DNA of 64,000 bases from Trichormus sp. ATA11-4-KO1 (GCA_019358915.1 JAHHIM010000024.1:1-64000), one strand, 5' to 3'. Positions 1 through 11,380 are shown, counted from the stretch's first letter. Notes: generated by a model not told the origin, from the sequence alone. A program made the numbers and translations.

Positions 1-403
1 ATTGGTATGAATTGCAAAGGAACTTATTCACTTTGGTTGTGCGTGATTACATTGTAGAAAATCTTACCAATACTTGTGCTGCTTAATACACATGAATGGA
101 ATTTTTTGTCAATGCGTAACTCCTAGAGAGCATGGTTTGATGGACATGCGAATTTTAATTTAGGGTCATGGAGAAAATAACTTTGCCGTTAACCTACAAA
201 TTTTTTTGCGTGTTTTTGGCTTTTAGCTTTGTAAAGACTATATTGGCATGAAGATAACAAATAAATAGCCATCCAAAACCTAAAAAATTAATTAAGATTT
301 TTGACACCACAATGCCTGCTGATTTTTATCAATACAGCAAAGTAGGTCGTTTGCACGCTGGGCATTTTATATTGAATTTATTACAGAGGTTTTAGAACTG
401 CTC

Positions 404-1225
404 ATGGTTTGGCCTTTTAAGTCTAAGTTTCGTAAACAAATTGCCCGGATTGAAATTACTGGTGCGATCGCTAGTGGTACTCGCAAACGGGTGTTAGAAG
501 CCCTAAAAACCGTAGAAGAGAAAAAGTTTCCCGCTTTACTCCTACGCATCGATAGTCCTGGGGGTACAGTTGGAGATTCTCAAGAAATTTACAGCGCCCT
601 GAAGAGCTTACGCAAAAAAATCAAAATTGTCGCCAGCTTTGGCAATATTTCGGCTTCTGGCGGTGTCTACATTGGCATGGGAGCCGAACATATCATTGCT
701 AACCCTGGTACAATCACCGGGAGCATTGGCGTAATTCTGCGCGGAAATAACTTAGAGCGTTTGCTAGAAAAAATCGGTGTTTCTTTCAAAGTGATTAAGT
801 CTGGCCCTTACAAAGACATTTTGGCATTTGACCGAGAACTGACTGAAGCAGAAAAAAGCATCCTGCAAGAGTTGATTGATATCAGTTATCAGCAGTTTGT
901 CCAAACAATAGCCGAAGCGCGTTCTTTAGAAGTAGAAACTGTCAAAAGTTTCGCTGATGGTCGGATTTTTACCGGACAACAAGCTCGAGAATTGGGTGTT
1001 GTAGACCGCCTGGGAACCGAAGAAGATGCACGTTGCTGGACAGCAGAATTGGTTGGTCTTGATCCTGATAAAACACCTTGCTATACCCTAGAAGAACGAA
1101 AACCTTTATTGAGTCGCGTTCTCCCCGGAAGTCGTCAGGTTTCATCAGGGTTAGGAGCGGGAATTGATTGGCTCGAATTTGAAATGTCTACCAGTGGTCT
1201 GCCATTGTGGTTATATCGACCGTAG
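404..1225 (+). CDS. sppA: Signal peptide peptidase SppA, short type (S49 family)
   Basis: LRIDSPGG, SASGGVYI and GSIGV motifs typical of SppA. Confidence 0.92.
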   Translation: MVWPFKSKFRKQIARIEITGAIASGTRKRVLEALKTVEEKKFPALLLRIDSPGGTVGDSQEIYSALKSLRKKIKIVASFGNISASGGVYIGMGAEHIIANPGTITGSIGVILRGNNLERLLEKIGVSFKVIKSGPYKDILAFDRELTEAEKSILQELIDISYQQFVQTIAEARSLEVETVKSFADGRIFTGQQARELGVVDRLGTEEDARCWTAELVGLDPDKTPCYTLEERKPLLSRVLPGSRQVSSGLGAGIDWLEFEMSTSGLPLWLYRP

Positions 1226-1354
1226 ATGCTGAGATAGTCAGAGGTCGATTATCTGTCGTTAATGACCCTTCGGGTTCGTCAGTTGCTCATTTTGGAAACC
1301 AAAAAGACCGCACTGACTGACCAATGACTAATGCTTATTAAGGAGGATTTTGGC

Positions 1355-1768
1355 GTGGAGTGGCAAATGCGGGCTATTCGCGGAGCAACAACAGTTTCGG
1401 AAAATACTATTGCAGCGATTCGAGAAGCGGTGACGGAACTGCTAGATGAACTAGAACAACGGAATCAACTGCAACCAGAGGAGATGATTAGTGTTACTTT
1501 TTCTGTGACACGCGATTTAGATGCTATTTTTCCGGCGGCGATCGCTAGAGAACGTCCTTGTTGGGATAATGTGGCCATGTTGGATGTTCAGCAAATGCAC
1601 GTTGAAGGTAGCTTACAACGTTGCGTCCGGTTCCTCATCCACGCCTACCTCCCAGTTTCTACCCCAGTTAATCATATTTATTTGCGTCAAGCTGCTAACT
1701 TGCGTCCAGACTGGTGTATCTCGCAACCACTACAAGCATCACAGCCAGCAATTAAGTCAAAAGTTTAA
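1355..1768 (+). CDS. aroH: Chorismate mutase, AroH class
   Basis: RAIRGATT, DLDAIFPA and YL..A..LRPD motifs; GTG start at 1355 follows AGGAGG at 1341-1346. Confidence 0.9.
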   Translation: MEWQMRAIRGATTVSENTIAAIREAVTELLDELEQRNQLQPEEMISVTFSVTRDLDAIFPAAIARERPCWDNVAMLDVQQMHVEGSLQRCVRFLIHAYLPVSTPVNHIYLRQAANLRPDWCISQPLQASQPAIKSKV

Positions 1769-1840
1769 AATACCTTCCTTCTTTGTGTCTTAGTGCCTTT
1801 GTGGTTTTACCACTAAGACACCAAGAAGCATACATTACGT

Positions 1841-3058
1841 TTACAAAGAAGCGTTTTGTAACTCAGCTGTGCGGACTGAAAGTAGCTGTATCTGATTACC
1901 ACGTTGCACTTTCACTTGCAACACCTGACCAAGGCGACTATTTTCTACCAGGTTCTGTAACTGATCGGCACTAGTAATTGCTTGTCCATCAATTTGCACA
2001 ATGACATCACCACGCCGGACACCCGCCGCCGCCGCCGGAGAATTGGGAACAACTCGCATTACCAAAACTCCATTAATTTCTGGGATTTGAATGGGAGAAT
2101 TGGGGTCAGTATTATTCTGCTTCGCTAGCTGAGGCGTTAAAGTTACCATTTGCACACCTAAATAAGGGTGTACAACTTTGCCATCACGTTGCAGTTGAGC
2201 GGCGATCGCTTTAGCTTTATCAATAGGAATAGCAAAGCCAATACCCATAGCGTCGGGACGAATGGCTGTGTTAATCCCAATTACTTCACCACGTTCGTTC
2301 AATAATGGCCCCCCAGAGTTACCAGGGTTAATAGCTGCGTCGGTTTGAATGAAGTCTAAGCGTTTGTCAGCAATCCCGACTTGGGCGCTAGAACGTTTGA
2401 GGGTACTGACAATTCCCAAAGTTACTGTATTATCAAATCCTAAGGGATTACCCACTGCGATCGCCCAGTCTCCTACCTGGACATTACTGGAGGAACCCAA
2501 GGGCGCAACAGGTAAATCGTTACCAGCGTTAATCTTGACAACCGCCAAATCTGTTACTTCATCAATGCCTTGAACTTTTCCTTCATAGGTGCGGCCATCT
2601 TTGAGGCGGACTGTCACTTTATCAGCCTTGTCTACCACATGAGCATTGGTGAGAACCAGACCACTCTTGTCGAGAATGAAACCAGAACCTAGACCACGCA
2701 ATTGTTCAGGCGGTAACTGTTGGGGAAAACCGTCACCAAAAAACCGCCGGAAAAATGGGTCTTCCAGAAATGGGTCCATACGACGAGTAATGGTGCGTTC
2801 AGTATCAATACGTACTACTGCTTTTCCGACACGATTGACTGCTGCTGTGACAAAGCTAGTACTACCTACAGCAGTATTTGCCGATGATGGCTTTTGAGCA
2901 ATCACCTCTGGTACATTCGCAGACTGGGGTGCAGGTTCCGCTTGAGAAGGCAACACCCGCAGGGTGCTAACAGTTAGCGCAACGCCTAAAATCATCGCTA
3001 ACAGATAATAGCTAAGTTGACGTATAGAACCACGTAGTTGGAAAAATTGCATAATCAC
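1841..3058 (-). CDS. hhoA: HtrA/DegP-family serine protease with PDZ domain (HhoA-like)
   Basis: TNAHVV, DLAVV and GNSGGPL catalytic motifs, C-terminal PDZ, N-terminal hydrophobic segment. Confidence 0.88.
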   Translation of the reverse strand: MIMQFFQLRGSIRQLSYYLLAMILGVALTVSTLRVLPSQAEPAPQSANVPEVIAQKPSSANTAVGSTSFVTAAVNRVGKAVVRIDTERTITRRMDPFLEDPFFRRFFGDGFPQQLPPEQLRGLGSGFILDKSGLVLTNAHVVDKADKVTVRLKDGRTYEGKVQGIDEVTDLAVVKINAGNDLPVAPLGSSSNVQVGDWAIAVGNPLGFDNTVTLGIVSTLKRSSAQVGIADKRLDFIQTDAAINPGNSGGPLLNERGEVIGINTAIRPDAMGIGFAIPIDKAKAIAAQLQRDGKVVHPYLGVQMVTLTPQLAKQNNTDPNSPIQIPEINGVLVMRVVPNSPAAAAGVRRGDVIVQIDGQAITSADQLQNLVENSRLGQVLQVKVQRGNQIQLLSVRTAELQNASL

Positions 3059-3297
3059 AACCTAATCTAGAAGCTTAATTGTTGCTTAGTCGTGAAAAAT
3101 CTGTTGACAGTATTTTTACAGAATTGATGCCCATCCCCGGATGTTGGCTTTTGCACTTCATTTCAGATTTTACTTTTTCCTCAGGGTTGAGTTAGGGTCT
3201 GGTGTGAGCCACCTGTAATTAAAATTAATTGAATATTTAACACAATAGCTATTATGGAGATTCGCCCTTTTAAGGTTCGGGTTTTACCCAATTAATC

Positions 3298-4197
3298 CTA
3301 TTTTGGATTGGTAACTCTAGTTTCCTGAACCAGTAAAACTGACTTTACGGGTCGCTTGACAAAATTACCCTCCGAATTAACCTTCCCATAAAAGGCTTGG
3401 CCACTGTAATACATTGAAGACGAACTCCCTCCATCGAGGTTCATGGCTTTTTGAGCGCCAAGGGTTTTCAGGAAATCTGCCAGTGCTGGTAAGGACATGC
3501 CAGAAGCAGAAGCCGAGGGTTTTTGAGCTACCATTACCAAAATAATGCCACCATCATGAGTAATGCCTAGGGCGGTTCTAGCGTTGGGTTGTTTACTACC
3601 AAGTGCATCTCGTCCTTGGGAATGATCCACAAAACCTTCTTGTACTGAGGTGAGCGCTGGTAATAAGCCCGGGCCAGCACCGATGGCATCGACTAACTGA
3701 CAACCTGCTGGTGGTGACTTTTTGTGTAGAGTAATATCGTAGCGGATAGTTTGCCCACATAGGTAGCGACGGAATTCTGTACGATTGAAAATTTGACTGA
3801 GGTAAGGCTTTAAGGTGGGATTATTCACTAGGCGATCGTTTGCTTGAGGATCGGCTACTATTTGTCCAGAAAGCACAACATAAGATGTAGATTTTTGGTT
3901 GGCTGGGTCAAAAAAGCCCGCATTTAAAATGGCGATCGCTCGATGATTTTGAGCAAACTCCTCTACTGTGTTGACCTTTTTTGATAACGCCGGCGTGATC
4001 AAAAAGCGGCCATTAGCTGGAATCCACAGGACATGAACTATGCTTTGGGGTAAGGTGCGCTGCTCATAGCGGATGGTTTTTTGTGGTAATGGTGTAGCGT
4101 TTGTCACAAACGAAGATATATTTGGTGTAGAGGAACGTAAACTAAACGACATTCCCAAACTAATTATTGTTATACTTAGTATCAGAATTTTTCTCAC
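3298..4197 (-). CDS. Phosphodiester glycosidase (NAGPA-like) family exported protein
   Basis: Signal peptide, NAGFFD, ARTALG and AMNLDGGSSS motifs. Confidence 0.8.
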   Translation of the reverse strand: MRKILILSITIISLGMSFSLRSSTPNISSFVTNATPLPQKTIRYEQRTLPQSIVHVLWIPANGRFLITPALSKKVNTVEEFAQNHRAIAILNAGFFDPANQKSTSYVVLSGQIVADPQANDRLVNNPTLKPYLSQIFNRTEFRRYLCGQTIRYDITLHKKSPPAGCQLVDAIGAGPGLLPALTSVQEGFVDHSQGRDALGSKQPNARTALGITHDGGIILVMVAQKPSASASGMSLPALADFLKTLGAQKAMNLDGGSSSSMYYSGQAFYGKVNSEGNFVKRPVKSVLLVQETRVTNPK

Positions 4198-4530
4198 TTA
4201 TTTATCTCTCCCAAAATCCTCTAAAGCTTGATGGCATTGTCCCGTAAAGGCTTTGGGGCATATTTTCCTATGATTAATAGACTAAAATATAATATTGCAT
4301 TAATAGATAATTTTTAGTATTTTTTTGACCAGGAAATGTAATAAATTTTCATAAGACATCAAAATATATATTATGAAGTAAAAAATGAATTTCTCTAATT
4401 CCTAAAAAGTAAAAGGATTAATTAACTAGAGAATTATTTTTTGTTTTGACATCAAAGTATATATATTATATAGTTAGTAGCAATATCAGACTTTATTTTT
4501 GATGTTAATATCATTGAAAGGCTGAAAAAT

Positions 4531-4836
4531 GTGCTTTTCTTCAAAGAAAAACCAAAAATTAAAAACGATCAATTACATAAAGTAAATAGAGTGTTTTTAA
4601 ATTCTATCAATATTGTTTTATTGACTGGGTTTTTAATAACCTTAGGAATTAGTATTTATGCGACCTTTTCATCTTTGGGATTCCGCTTATTAAATTTTGA
4701 CGTATTTACCTCCATAGAAGAATCGTACCACCCTACATCGATTCCTTGGATAGACAATGCTTACGAATGTCACCGCACTGGCAGAGATTGGCATGAGCAA
4801 GAGTGTTGGGATGATGAACACAATCCTATGTTCTAA
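4531..4836 (+). CDS. Small hypothetical membrane protein
   Basis: 101-aa ORF with one TM segment and a C-terminal C..TGR.W....CWD.EH.P.F tail. Confidence 0.6.
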   Translation: MLFFKEKPKIKNDQLHKVNRVFLNSINIVLLTGFLITLGISIYATFSSLGFRLLNFDVFTSIEESYHPTSIPWIDNAYECHRTGRDWHEQECWDDEHNPMF

Positions 4837-4953
4837 ATTGACATTGTATTAATAGCCTCTGCACATTGGATATTTAGATAAGAGAAACCAACATCTGGGA
4901 AATTTAGATCAAAATGGATATGTATGGATATGTAGGCTATTGTTTGTTCAACC

Positions 4954-6318
4954 TTGAATCAATCTAACTTTGTGCGTAATCTGCAAGAAACTCATTTGAA
5001 CCGTGCCCGTGCTAGTCTCAGACAAGCATTGTCTTGGTATGGATATCTTCGCAAGTCAGGGCAGCTTGCATCAAACCCAGAATTAGCAGGTTTGGTAAAA
5101 CCGGAATTAGAAGCTTTGAACTCCACTCTCAACAAACTAGACTCGAATGTCATTAGAATTGCCGCCTTTGGTTTGGTGAGTCGTGGGAAGTCAGCCGTAT
5201 TAAACGCCTTGCTGGGAGATAAGATTCTGCAAACTGGCCCCTTAAACGGTGTTACCCAATGGCCGCGTTCCGTGCGGTGGCAACCAGGAGGTAAGGTACT
5301 GGTGGAGTTAATTGATACCCCTGGATTAGATGAAATTGCAGGCGAATCACGGGCACAAATGGCGCGAGAAGTAACGCGTCAGGCTGATTTAATTTTGTTT
5401 GTTGTTTCAGGTGATATCACGCGTACTGAGTATCGGGTATTACTAGAATTGCGGCAAGCACAAAAACCGTTAATTTTGGTATTTAACAAGATAGACCTCT
5501 ACCCAGATACAGATAGGGCAGCAATTTATGACAATCTGCAACAACTGGGTGCAGGACATCACCAAGCCAAACCACTACTACCTGATGAAATTGTGATGGT
5601 GGCGGCGGAACCAGCACCAATGGAAGTACGGGTTGAGTGGCCTGATGGTCGGATCAGCTATGAATGGGAAACACCACAACCCCAAGTAGATGAACTCAAG
5701 CAGACAATTTTAAATATTCTTAATCGGGAAGGGCGATCGCTTCTAGCCTTAAATGCACTAATTCAAGCACGAGATGCGGAGGAGGCGATCGCCCAAAAAA
5801 CCATTGATTTACGCGAAAAGGAAGCCGAAAATATTATTTGGCAATTTACGAAATACAAAGCCTTGGCAGTAGGGTTAAATCCCATCGCTGTCTTGGATGT
5901 GATCTGCGGTACAATTGCCGATTTAGCTTTAATTCGTTCTCTGGCACGGTTATATGGGTTACCCATGACTAGCTATGAAGCTAGTAAAATTTTAAAAACA
6001 ATTTTCTTCAGTTCTGGTGGCTTACTGCTGGGAGAATTAGGTAGCAGTTTCGTTTTGGGTTTAGGTAAGAGTACTGCTGCTCTCACCAGTGGTGATCACC
6101 CTACTAATATTACTGCTTATGCTGGCAGTGCGATCGCTCAAGCTGGGATTGCAGGTTATGGCGCATACGCTGTAGGTAAAGCCGCCCAAGTGTATTTAGA
6201 AAAAGGTTGTACTTGGGGACAACTGGGAGCTAGTACTGTAATTCAAGAAATTCTTTCTCAAGTTGACCAGAATACAATTCTGTATCGTCTGCAACAAGAA
6301 ATAAAGATCAAGTATTGA
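4954..6318 (+). CDS. Era-like GTPase with C-terminal DUF697-type membrane region
   Basis: GLVSRGKS P-loop, DTPG, NKID; hydrophobic C-terminal half. Confidence 0.85.
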   Translation: MNQSNFVRNLQETHLNRARASLRQALSWYGYLRKSGQLASNPELAGLVKPELEALNSTLNKLDSNVIRIAAFGLVSRGKSAVLNALLGDKILQTGPLNGVTQWPRSVRWQPGGKVLVELIDTPGLDEIAGESRAQMAREVTRQADLILFVVSGDITRTEYRVLLELRQAQKPLILVFNKIDLYPDTDRAAIYDNLQQLGAGHHQAKPLLPDEIVMVAAEPAPMEVRVEWPDGRISYEWETPQPQVDELKQTILNILNREGRSLLALNALIQARDAEEAIAQKTIDLREKEAENIIWQFTKYKALAVGLNPIAVLDVICGTIADLALIRSLARLYGLPMTSYEASKILKTIFFSSGGLLLGELGSSFVLGLGKSTAALTSGDHPTNITAYAGSAIAQAGIAGYGAYAVGKAAQVYLEKGCTWGQLGASTVIQEILSQVDQNTILYRLQQEIKIKY

Positions 6319-6639
6319 TAATAAATAAAAAATATGTGCCTAATTATTACCATTCATTAGAGTTCATCAATTTCTATCAAATTCTGCTGACAATGGGTTT
6401 AAATTGCTAATTTAAGAGGCAAAATTAAGAAAATGACTGAAACAAAGATGAAGACTAAAAATTAAAATTTTATATTTTATTCTTCATTTGACGGTGTTCA
6501 CTACCAGACTCTTTTGGCAAGCCTATCTAAACTGGAAGTAAGTAGTCATCATCAACTGCTTACATCAGGACTAATGAAAGTCTACTGTGCTGATTCATTA
6601 GCTTTTACACAGCACTCCTCACACAAAGGTGAAAGTATC

Positions 6640-6909
6640 ATGACAAAAACCCTAGAAGTAGTTCAAGCTGCTGTTAACTCCGGAACAAAAACTCTTGAGC
6701 AAGCCATTTTAGAAGCTATTGTTGAAGCTCGTGAAACCTGTGAAATCGACGGCGATAACTCGGCCGGCTGTGCAGTTGCTTGGGATATTGTGGAAGAATT
6801 ACAAGCAGAAAAAGCTCATCAGCAGCAGGTCAAACAACGCAAGACATCTCTGGAAAACTATTGTGATACGCATCCAGAGGCGATAGAGTGTCTCATTTAC
6901 GATGTTTAA
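6640..6909 (+). CDS. cp12: Calvin cycle protein CP12 with N- and C-terminal Cys pairs
   Basis: C...CAVAWDIVEEL core and YCDTHPEAIECLIYD; ATG at 6640 is the likely start. Confidence 0.88.
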   Translation: MTKTLEVVQAAVNSGTKTLEQAILEAIVEARETCEIDGDNSAGCAVAWDIVEELQAEKAHQQQVKQRKTSLENYCDTHPEAIECLIYDV

Positions 6910-7724
6910 CTTTCTCGCAAATCAGCTATGGCTGATTGTGTAATTTGCTTAATTGCATTTAAATCAGGCGGTGGTGTTTCACTTTCCATTCCTAACCAGA
7001 GAAGATATTCAATATTCCCCGCAGGGCCAGTAATTGGCGACCAAGTTAAGCCTTTGTATTTCCATCCTAAATTGTTAGCCACTTGCAACACTTGGAAAAT
7101 AGCATCAGCTTGGTCGTGAGGATCGCGGACAACGCCTTTTTTGCCCACACGGGATTTTCCCACTTCAAATTGCGGTTTCACCAACAATACTGCATCCCTG
7201 GGAGCTTGAGTTAATTGCCAGATAGCAGGCAAAATCTTGGTTAAAGAAATAAACGATACATCCACCACCGCCAAATCGGGGATTTCGTCATCCTCACTGT
7301 ACAACTCTTCGGGTGTGAGATGGCGTAAATTGGTACGTTCTTGCAAAATCACCCGAGGATCATTTCGTAAACCCCAATCAACTTGACCGTAGCCCACATC
7401 AATGCCATAAACCTGTTTTGCCCCAGCTTGCAGGAGACAATCGGTAAAGCCGCCTGTAGAAATGCCGCCATCTAAACAAATTCGTTCGGCGATGGGAATA
7501 GCAAATAATTCCAAAGCTTTTGCTAGTTTCTCTCCGCCACGAGAAACAAAACGCGATCGCTCTTTAATCTTAATTTGCGCAGAAATATCAATTTCTGTAC
7601 CAGGTTTATCAACTATTTGCTGATTTACAGTTACTTCTCCCGCCTGAATCAGTCGCTGTGCCAAGGCCCGAGAAGCACATAAATTTAATTCTACTAATAG
7701 TGTGTCGAGTCGTTGTTTAACCAA
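6906..7724 (-). CDS. tlyA: TlyA family rRNA 2'-O-methyltransferase
   Basis: N-terminal S4 domain, VSRGGEKL, STGGFTD, KPQFE, GNIEYL. Confidence 0.93.
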   Translation of the reverse strand: MVKQRLDTLLVELNLCASRALAQRLIQAGEVTVNQQIVDKPGTEIDISAQIKIKERSRFVSRGGEKLAKALELFAIPIAERICLDGGISTGGFTDCLLQAGAKQVYGIDVGYGQVDWGLRNDPRVILQERTNLRHLTPEELYSEDDEIPDLAVVDVSFISLTKILPAIWQLTQAPRDAVLLVKPQFEVGKSRVGKKGVVRDPHDQADAIFQVLQVANNLGWKYKGLTWSPITGPAGNIEYLLWLGMESETPPPDLNAIKQITQSAIADLRES

Positions 7725-7785
7725 TTAAAGAACTTCCCATGATGATTCGCTTATATACCTAACTTAAAGGCGTACTAGCTGAGAA

Positions 7786-9282
7786 TTACTCTGGTCTAGC
7801 TTCTGTGCTGATAATAACTTGACAATTTACACCCCCATATTGTTCACAGGTTTGTAAAGCATACTGTTCGGCAAGTTCTTTCCCAGCCTGTGGGTGATCA
7901 ACATTAGCTCCCCACCCAGTACCATAAGCACCATTAGAACCAACCGCCAAAGCCCCCCAAGAATTTTTAAACCACAGAGGTACCAAGCAATCATTAGCGC
8001 CAGATTTTTGTTGGCAATCATTAAGCGCGGCCATTTCCGCATCTGCTTGTGATAAACGAGTGGCCAAGCCATAAATTCCTGTTAAAGAAGAGTAGGAAAT
8101 TGCCCCAAATAAATCATCAGAAACTGGTATAGGTGTAGGTACTATATTACGAGGAATTTGTGATTGTATAGGTGTTGTCGCCTCTGGAGATGCGTTGTTG
8201 TTTGTGGTAGGTTGGCTAATTGAAGTTGTTGGCTGTACGGCTGGTTCTTCGGTTACTTGTTGAGGTAATTGATTGAGAACAGAACCGATGATTAAAGAAG
8301 CGCCAATCACACCACCCGCAATTAAACTTCCTCCCAAAATTCCCCTCTGTCTATTACTTTGGTTGTCAGGTTGGTGAGAAACTACTGGGCTGGCAGCAAT
8401 GATATTTTGAGGTGTGACAGTAGGCGGTACATTGCTTATTGGTGGTGGGGTAAAGTTTCCTGTACCCAATTGCCAGGCTGAGAGCATTTCTTTGGCAGTA
8501 GCAAAACGTTCTCGTGGATGGTAGGCGATCGCTCGGTCAATCACTGCTGCTAGTCTAGAACTAACATTCAAAGCATATCGGTGCCAAACAATTTCCCCCG
8601 TCTGCGGATCTAATTCTAATTCTTGTGGTTGTTTGCCTGTGAGCAAATAAATTGCTGTCAGACCTAAACTGTATAAATCACTAGAATAAACTGGTCTCCC
8701 GGCTGCTTGCTCACTTGGCATATATCCAGGCGTACCAATGACAATCGAGCTGGTAGGATTACCCTGGGAATTCATCACTGTTCCCATTGTTTCCCGCACC
8801 GCACCAAAATCAATCAGCACGGGTTTACCATCACGATGACGCAAAATAATGTTATCCGGCTTGATATCGCGGTGAATAATCCCTTTGGAGTGGACATAAT
8901 CCAGAACTGGCAATAAATTCACCAAAATTTCCTGGACTGCACTTTCATGAAATAACCCCTGCTGTTGAATTCTCGCCGTGAGTGTATCGCCTTCAACCCA
9001 CTCCTGAACTAAATAAAATTGCCCACATAACTGAAAGTAGGCATACAAAGTAGGTATCTGGTCAGTGAAGCCGCCCAAATCTTCTAAAATGGCTGCTTCC
9101 CGTTGAAACCGTTCTTGCACCAGTTGATAAATCTGGGGATTATTTTGAATTGGTCTTAGCTGTTTAATTACACAGCGACGGTGGGAGGGCATTTGGGTAT
9201 CTTCCGCGAGGAAAGTCTCACCAAATCCACCAGCCCCCAGTGTCCTAATAACTTGATAGCGGTTGTTTAGCAATGTTTGCAT
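7786..9282 (-). CDS. Ser/Thr protein kinase with TM segment and C-terminal DUF4189-like domain
   Basis: GAGGFG, HRDIKPDN, DFG; TM; Pro/Thr-rich linker; FGAI...AL..C...C...WGALA...C domain. Confidence 0.85.
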   Translation of the reverse strand: MQTLLNNRYQVIRTLGAGGFGETFLAEDTQMPSHRRCVIKQLRPIQNNPQIYQLVQERFQREAAILEDLGGFTDQIPTLYAYFQLCGQFYLVQEWVEGDTLTARIQQQGLFHESAVQEILVNLLPVLDYVHSKGIIHRDIKPDNIILRHRDGKPVLIDFGAVRETMGTVMNSQGNPTSSIVIGTPGYMPSEQAAGRPVYSSDLYSLGLTAIYLLTGKQPQELELDPQTGEIVWHRYALNVSSRLAAVIDRAIAYHPRERFATAKEMLSAWQLGTGNFTPPPISNVPPTVTPQNIIAASPVVSHQPDNQSNRQRGILGGSLIAGGVIGASLIIGSVLNQLPQQVTEEPAVQPTTSISQPTTNNNASPEATTPIQSQIPRNIVPTPIPVSDDLFGAISYSSLTGIYGLATRLSQADAEMAALNDCQQKSGANDCLVPLWFKNSWGALAVGSNGAYGTGWGANVDHPQAGKELAEQYALQTCEQYGGVNCQVIISTEARPE

Positions 9283-9409
9283 AAATAAGCACCAATTTAG
9301 TATTGCAGATTTACTTTTTTCTGCAACTGCAAACCAGCTTTACTCAGTGATGGGGATAAAAGCATAGTTTTCATAGATGTATGTATTATCTCAGGTTAGG
9401 GTACCCTCT

Positions 9410-9540
9410 TCTCTCTGTGTTACGTCATTTGCTACAACACGGAGAACCCGCGCAATGCAATGGCTCCTCTGCGCTTCTGTGGTTTAAAAAAATTATTTAA
9501 CCACAGAGGCACAGAGAGCGCCGAGAAAAAAGAGATTTTA
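9410..9540. repeat. Palindromic dispersed repeat; an inverted relative lies at about 62176-62258
   Basis: CTCTGCGCTTCTGTGGTT...AACCACAGAGGCACAGAG hairpin; 9467-9540 is a near reverse complement of 62176-62250. Confidence 0.7.
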
Positions 9541-9635
9541 CTTTTCTCTCTGCCTCTTTTGGTCATTTCCACCATCACCACAGATGTTGTATCATTCCCT
9601 AATTCAGCAATCCTAAGATATAAACTAAACTTTCT

Positions 9636-11138
9636 ATGCTGGATACACTAGATTTAACCCTTTCCTTAGATAAAGCCACCTACAAATCAGAAATTACCCG
9701 GTTGATGTATCAACTCCGGGAACTACAAAATGCCTGTTGGGAAAAAAAATTGCCTGTGATTGTCGTCTTGGAGGGTTGGGCTGCTTCGGGTAAAGGTGGA
9801 TTGGTCAAGCAAATGGTCTCCTATATGGACCCCAGGGGATTTCAGGTACATCCCATCTGGCCTCCGACTGAAGAGGAGCGCAAATACCCATTTCTGTGGA
9901 GGTTTTGGGAAAAACTTCCTGCCCAAGGCGCAATCAGCTTTTTTTATCACAGTTGGTATACTCATGTGCTGGAAGAACGTTTATTTGATCGGGTAGGAAC
10001 CGATCAAATTCCCACAGTCCCCAAATTAATGGGACAAATTAACGCCTTTGAGCGTCAGATGGTTGATGATGGAGCTGCGATCGCTAAATTTTGGTTACAT
10101 CTGAGCCGTAAAGAATTAAAAAGTCGCTTAAAAGAGTATGCCAAAGATCCATTAACAGCTTGGCGGGTGCGAAAAGAAGACTGGAAGCAAGAAAAACACT
10201 ACGATCGCTATGCAGCCTTTGCTGAAGAGATGCTGGTTCAAACCAGTACCGGTGTTGCTCCCTGGACTTTAATTGAGGCTAACTCCCAACGTTGGGCACA
10301 AGTGAAGGTGCTAAGTCAGCTAGCTGCTACCTTGACGGCTGCCTTAGATCGACTCAAAATTCAGGTTCCTTCCCCTATCTTGCCTGCTCAAACTCATTTA
10401 GAAACCACGGAGTCAGACTTATTAGCGCAAGTCGATTTGAGCTTGACTCTTACAGAAACTGACTACGAAGAGCAATTAGCCAAGGAACAAGTACAACTAC
10501 GTAAGTTACAGTTAAGCATCCACAAGCATCAAATCCCTGTACTGGTGATGTTTGAGGGTTGGGATGCAGCAGGTAAAGGAGGGGCGATTAAGCGCCTCAC
10601 CGATATCCTCGATCCTCGGAGTTACTTTGTTCATCCCTTTGCTGCACCCACAGACGAAGAAAAAGTTCATCATTACCTCTGGCGATTTTGGCGACGATTG
10701 CCCACTGCTGGGATCATTGGCATTTTTGACCGTTCTTGGTATGGTAGGGTACTAGTCGAGCGGGTAGAGGGATTTGCTTCTGAGATCCAATGGCGCCGAG
10801 CCTACCGAGAAATTAATGAGTTTGAGGCTCAGTTAACCAGTGCAGGCTATGTTTTAGTGAAGTTTTGGCTGCATATTAGCCCAGATGAACAACTTAAACG
10901 CTTTATTGAACGTCAAAATGACCCTTTTAAGCAATACAAGCTTACCGATGAAGACTGGCGTAATCGGGAAAAATGGCCTGAATATGAAGTGGCAATAAAT
11001 CAAGCTATTCAGCGAACTACTACCCCCACTGCTCCCTGGACTGTCGTTGCTGCTAATGATAAATACTATGCCAGAGTCAAGGTCATTGAAACTGTTGTAG
11101 AAGCAATTCAGGCTGAATTAAAACACCGTAAGAGTTGA
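9636..11138 (+). CDS. pap: Polyphosphate:AMP phosphotransferase (two-domain PPK2)
   Basis: Two PPK2 domains, EGWAASGKG (degenerate) and EGWDAAGKG with FDRSWYGR. Confidence 0.9.
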   Translation: MLDTLDLTLSLDKATYKSEITRLMYQLRELQNACWEKKLPVIVVLEGWAASGKGGLVKQMVSYMDPRGFQVHPIWPPTEEERKYPFLWRFWEKLPAQGAISFFYHSWYTHVLEERLFDRVGTDQIPTVPKLMGQINAFERQMVDDGAAIAKFWLHLSRKELKSRLKEYAKDPLTAWRVRKEDWKQEKHYDRYAAFAEEMLVQTSTGVAPWTLIEANSQRWAQVKVLSQLAATLTAALDRLKIQVPSPILPAQTHLETTESDLLAQVDLSLTLTETDYEEQLAKEQVQLRKLQLSIHKHQIPVLVMFEGWDAAGKGGAIKRLTDILDPRSYFVHPFAAPTDEEKVHHYLWRFWRRLPTAGIIGIFDRSWYGRVLVERVEGFASEIQWRRAYREINEFEAQLTSAGYVLVKFWLHISPDEQLKRFIERQNDPFKQYKLTDEDWRNREKWPEYEVAINQAIQRTTTPTAPWTVVAANDKYYARVKVIETVVEAIQAELKHRKS

Positions 11139-11150
11139 CTAAATTCAGTG

Positions 11151-11196
11151 CTGAGTGCGCTAGCCCTGAGCGAAGTCGAAGGGGAGTGCTGAGTGA
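11151..11196 (+). repeat. Dispersed intergenic repeat, copy 1
   Basis: CTGAGTGCGCTAGCCCTGAGCGAAGTCGAAGGGGAGTGCTGAGTGA matches 13899-13944 at 44 of 46 positions. Confidence 0.85.
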
Positions 11197-11380
11197 AAAA
11201 AAGAGGAAGAAAGGACTTTCTCACTCGTAAATGTGCCGCCCCTCTCTGACGGGCATAGCTGCGCTTACCGCGTTGCCATAGGCATAAGGCTCCGCCGACT
11301 TATAGCAACTGGCGTGCAAAGTTACAAAGAAAAAGACACTTTATTGTAGTAATTTATACTTTTAATTCAGCAACGCCAAG

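Noticed and set aside
6514..6639. N-terminal extension of CP12
   Set aside because: TTG start without CP12-like sequence; ATG at 6640 gives a typical length.
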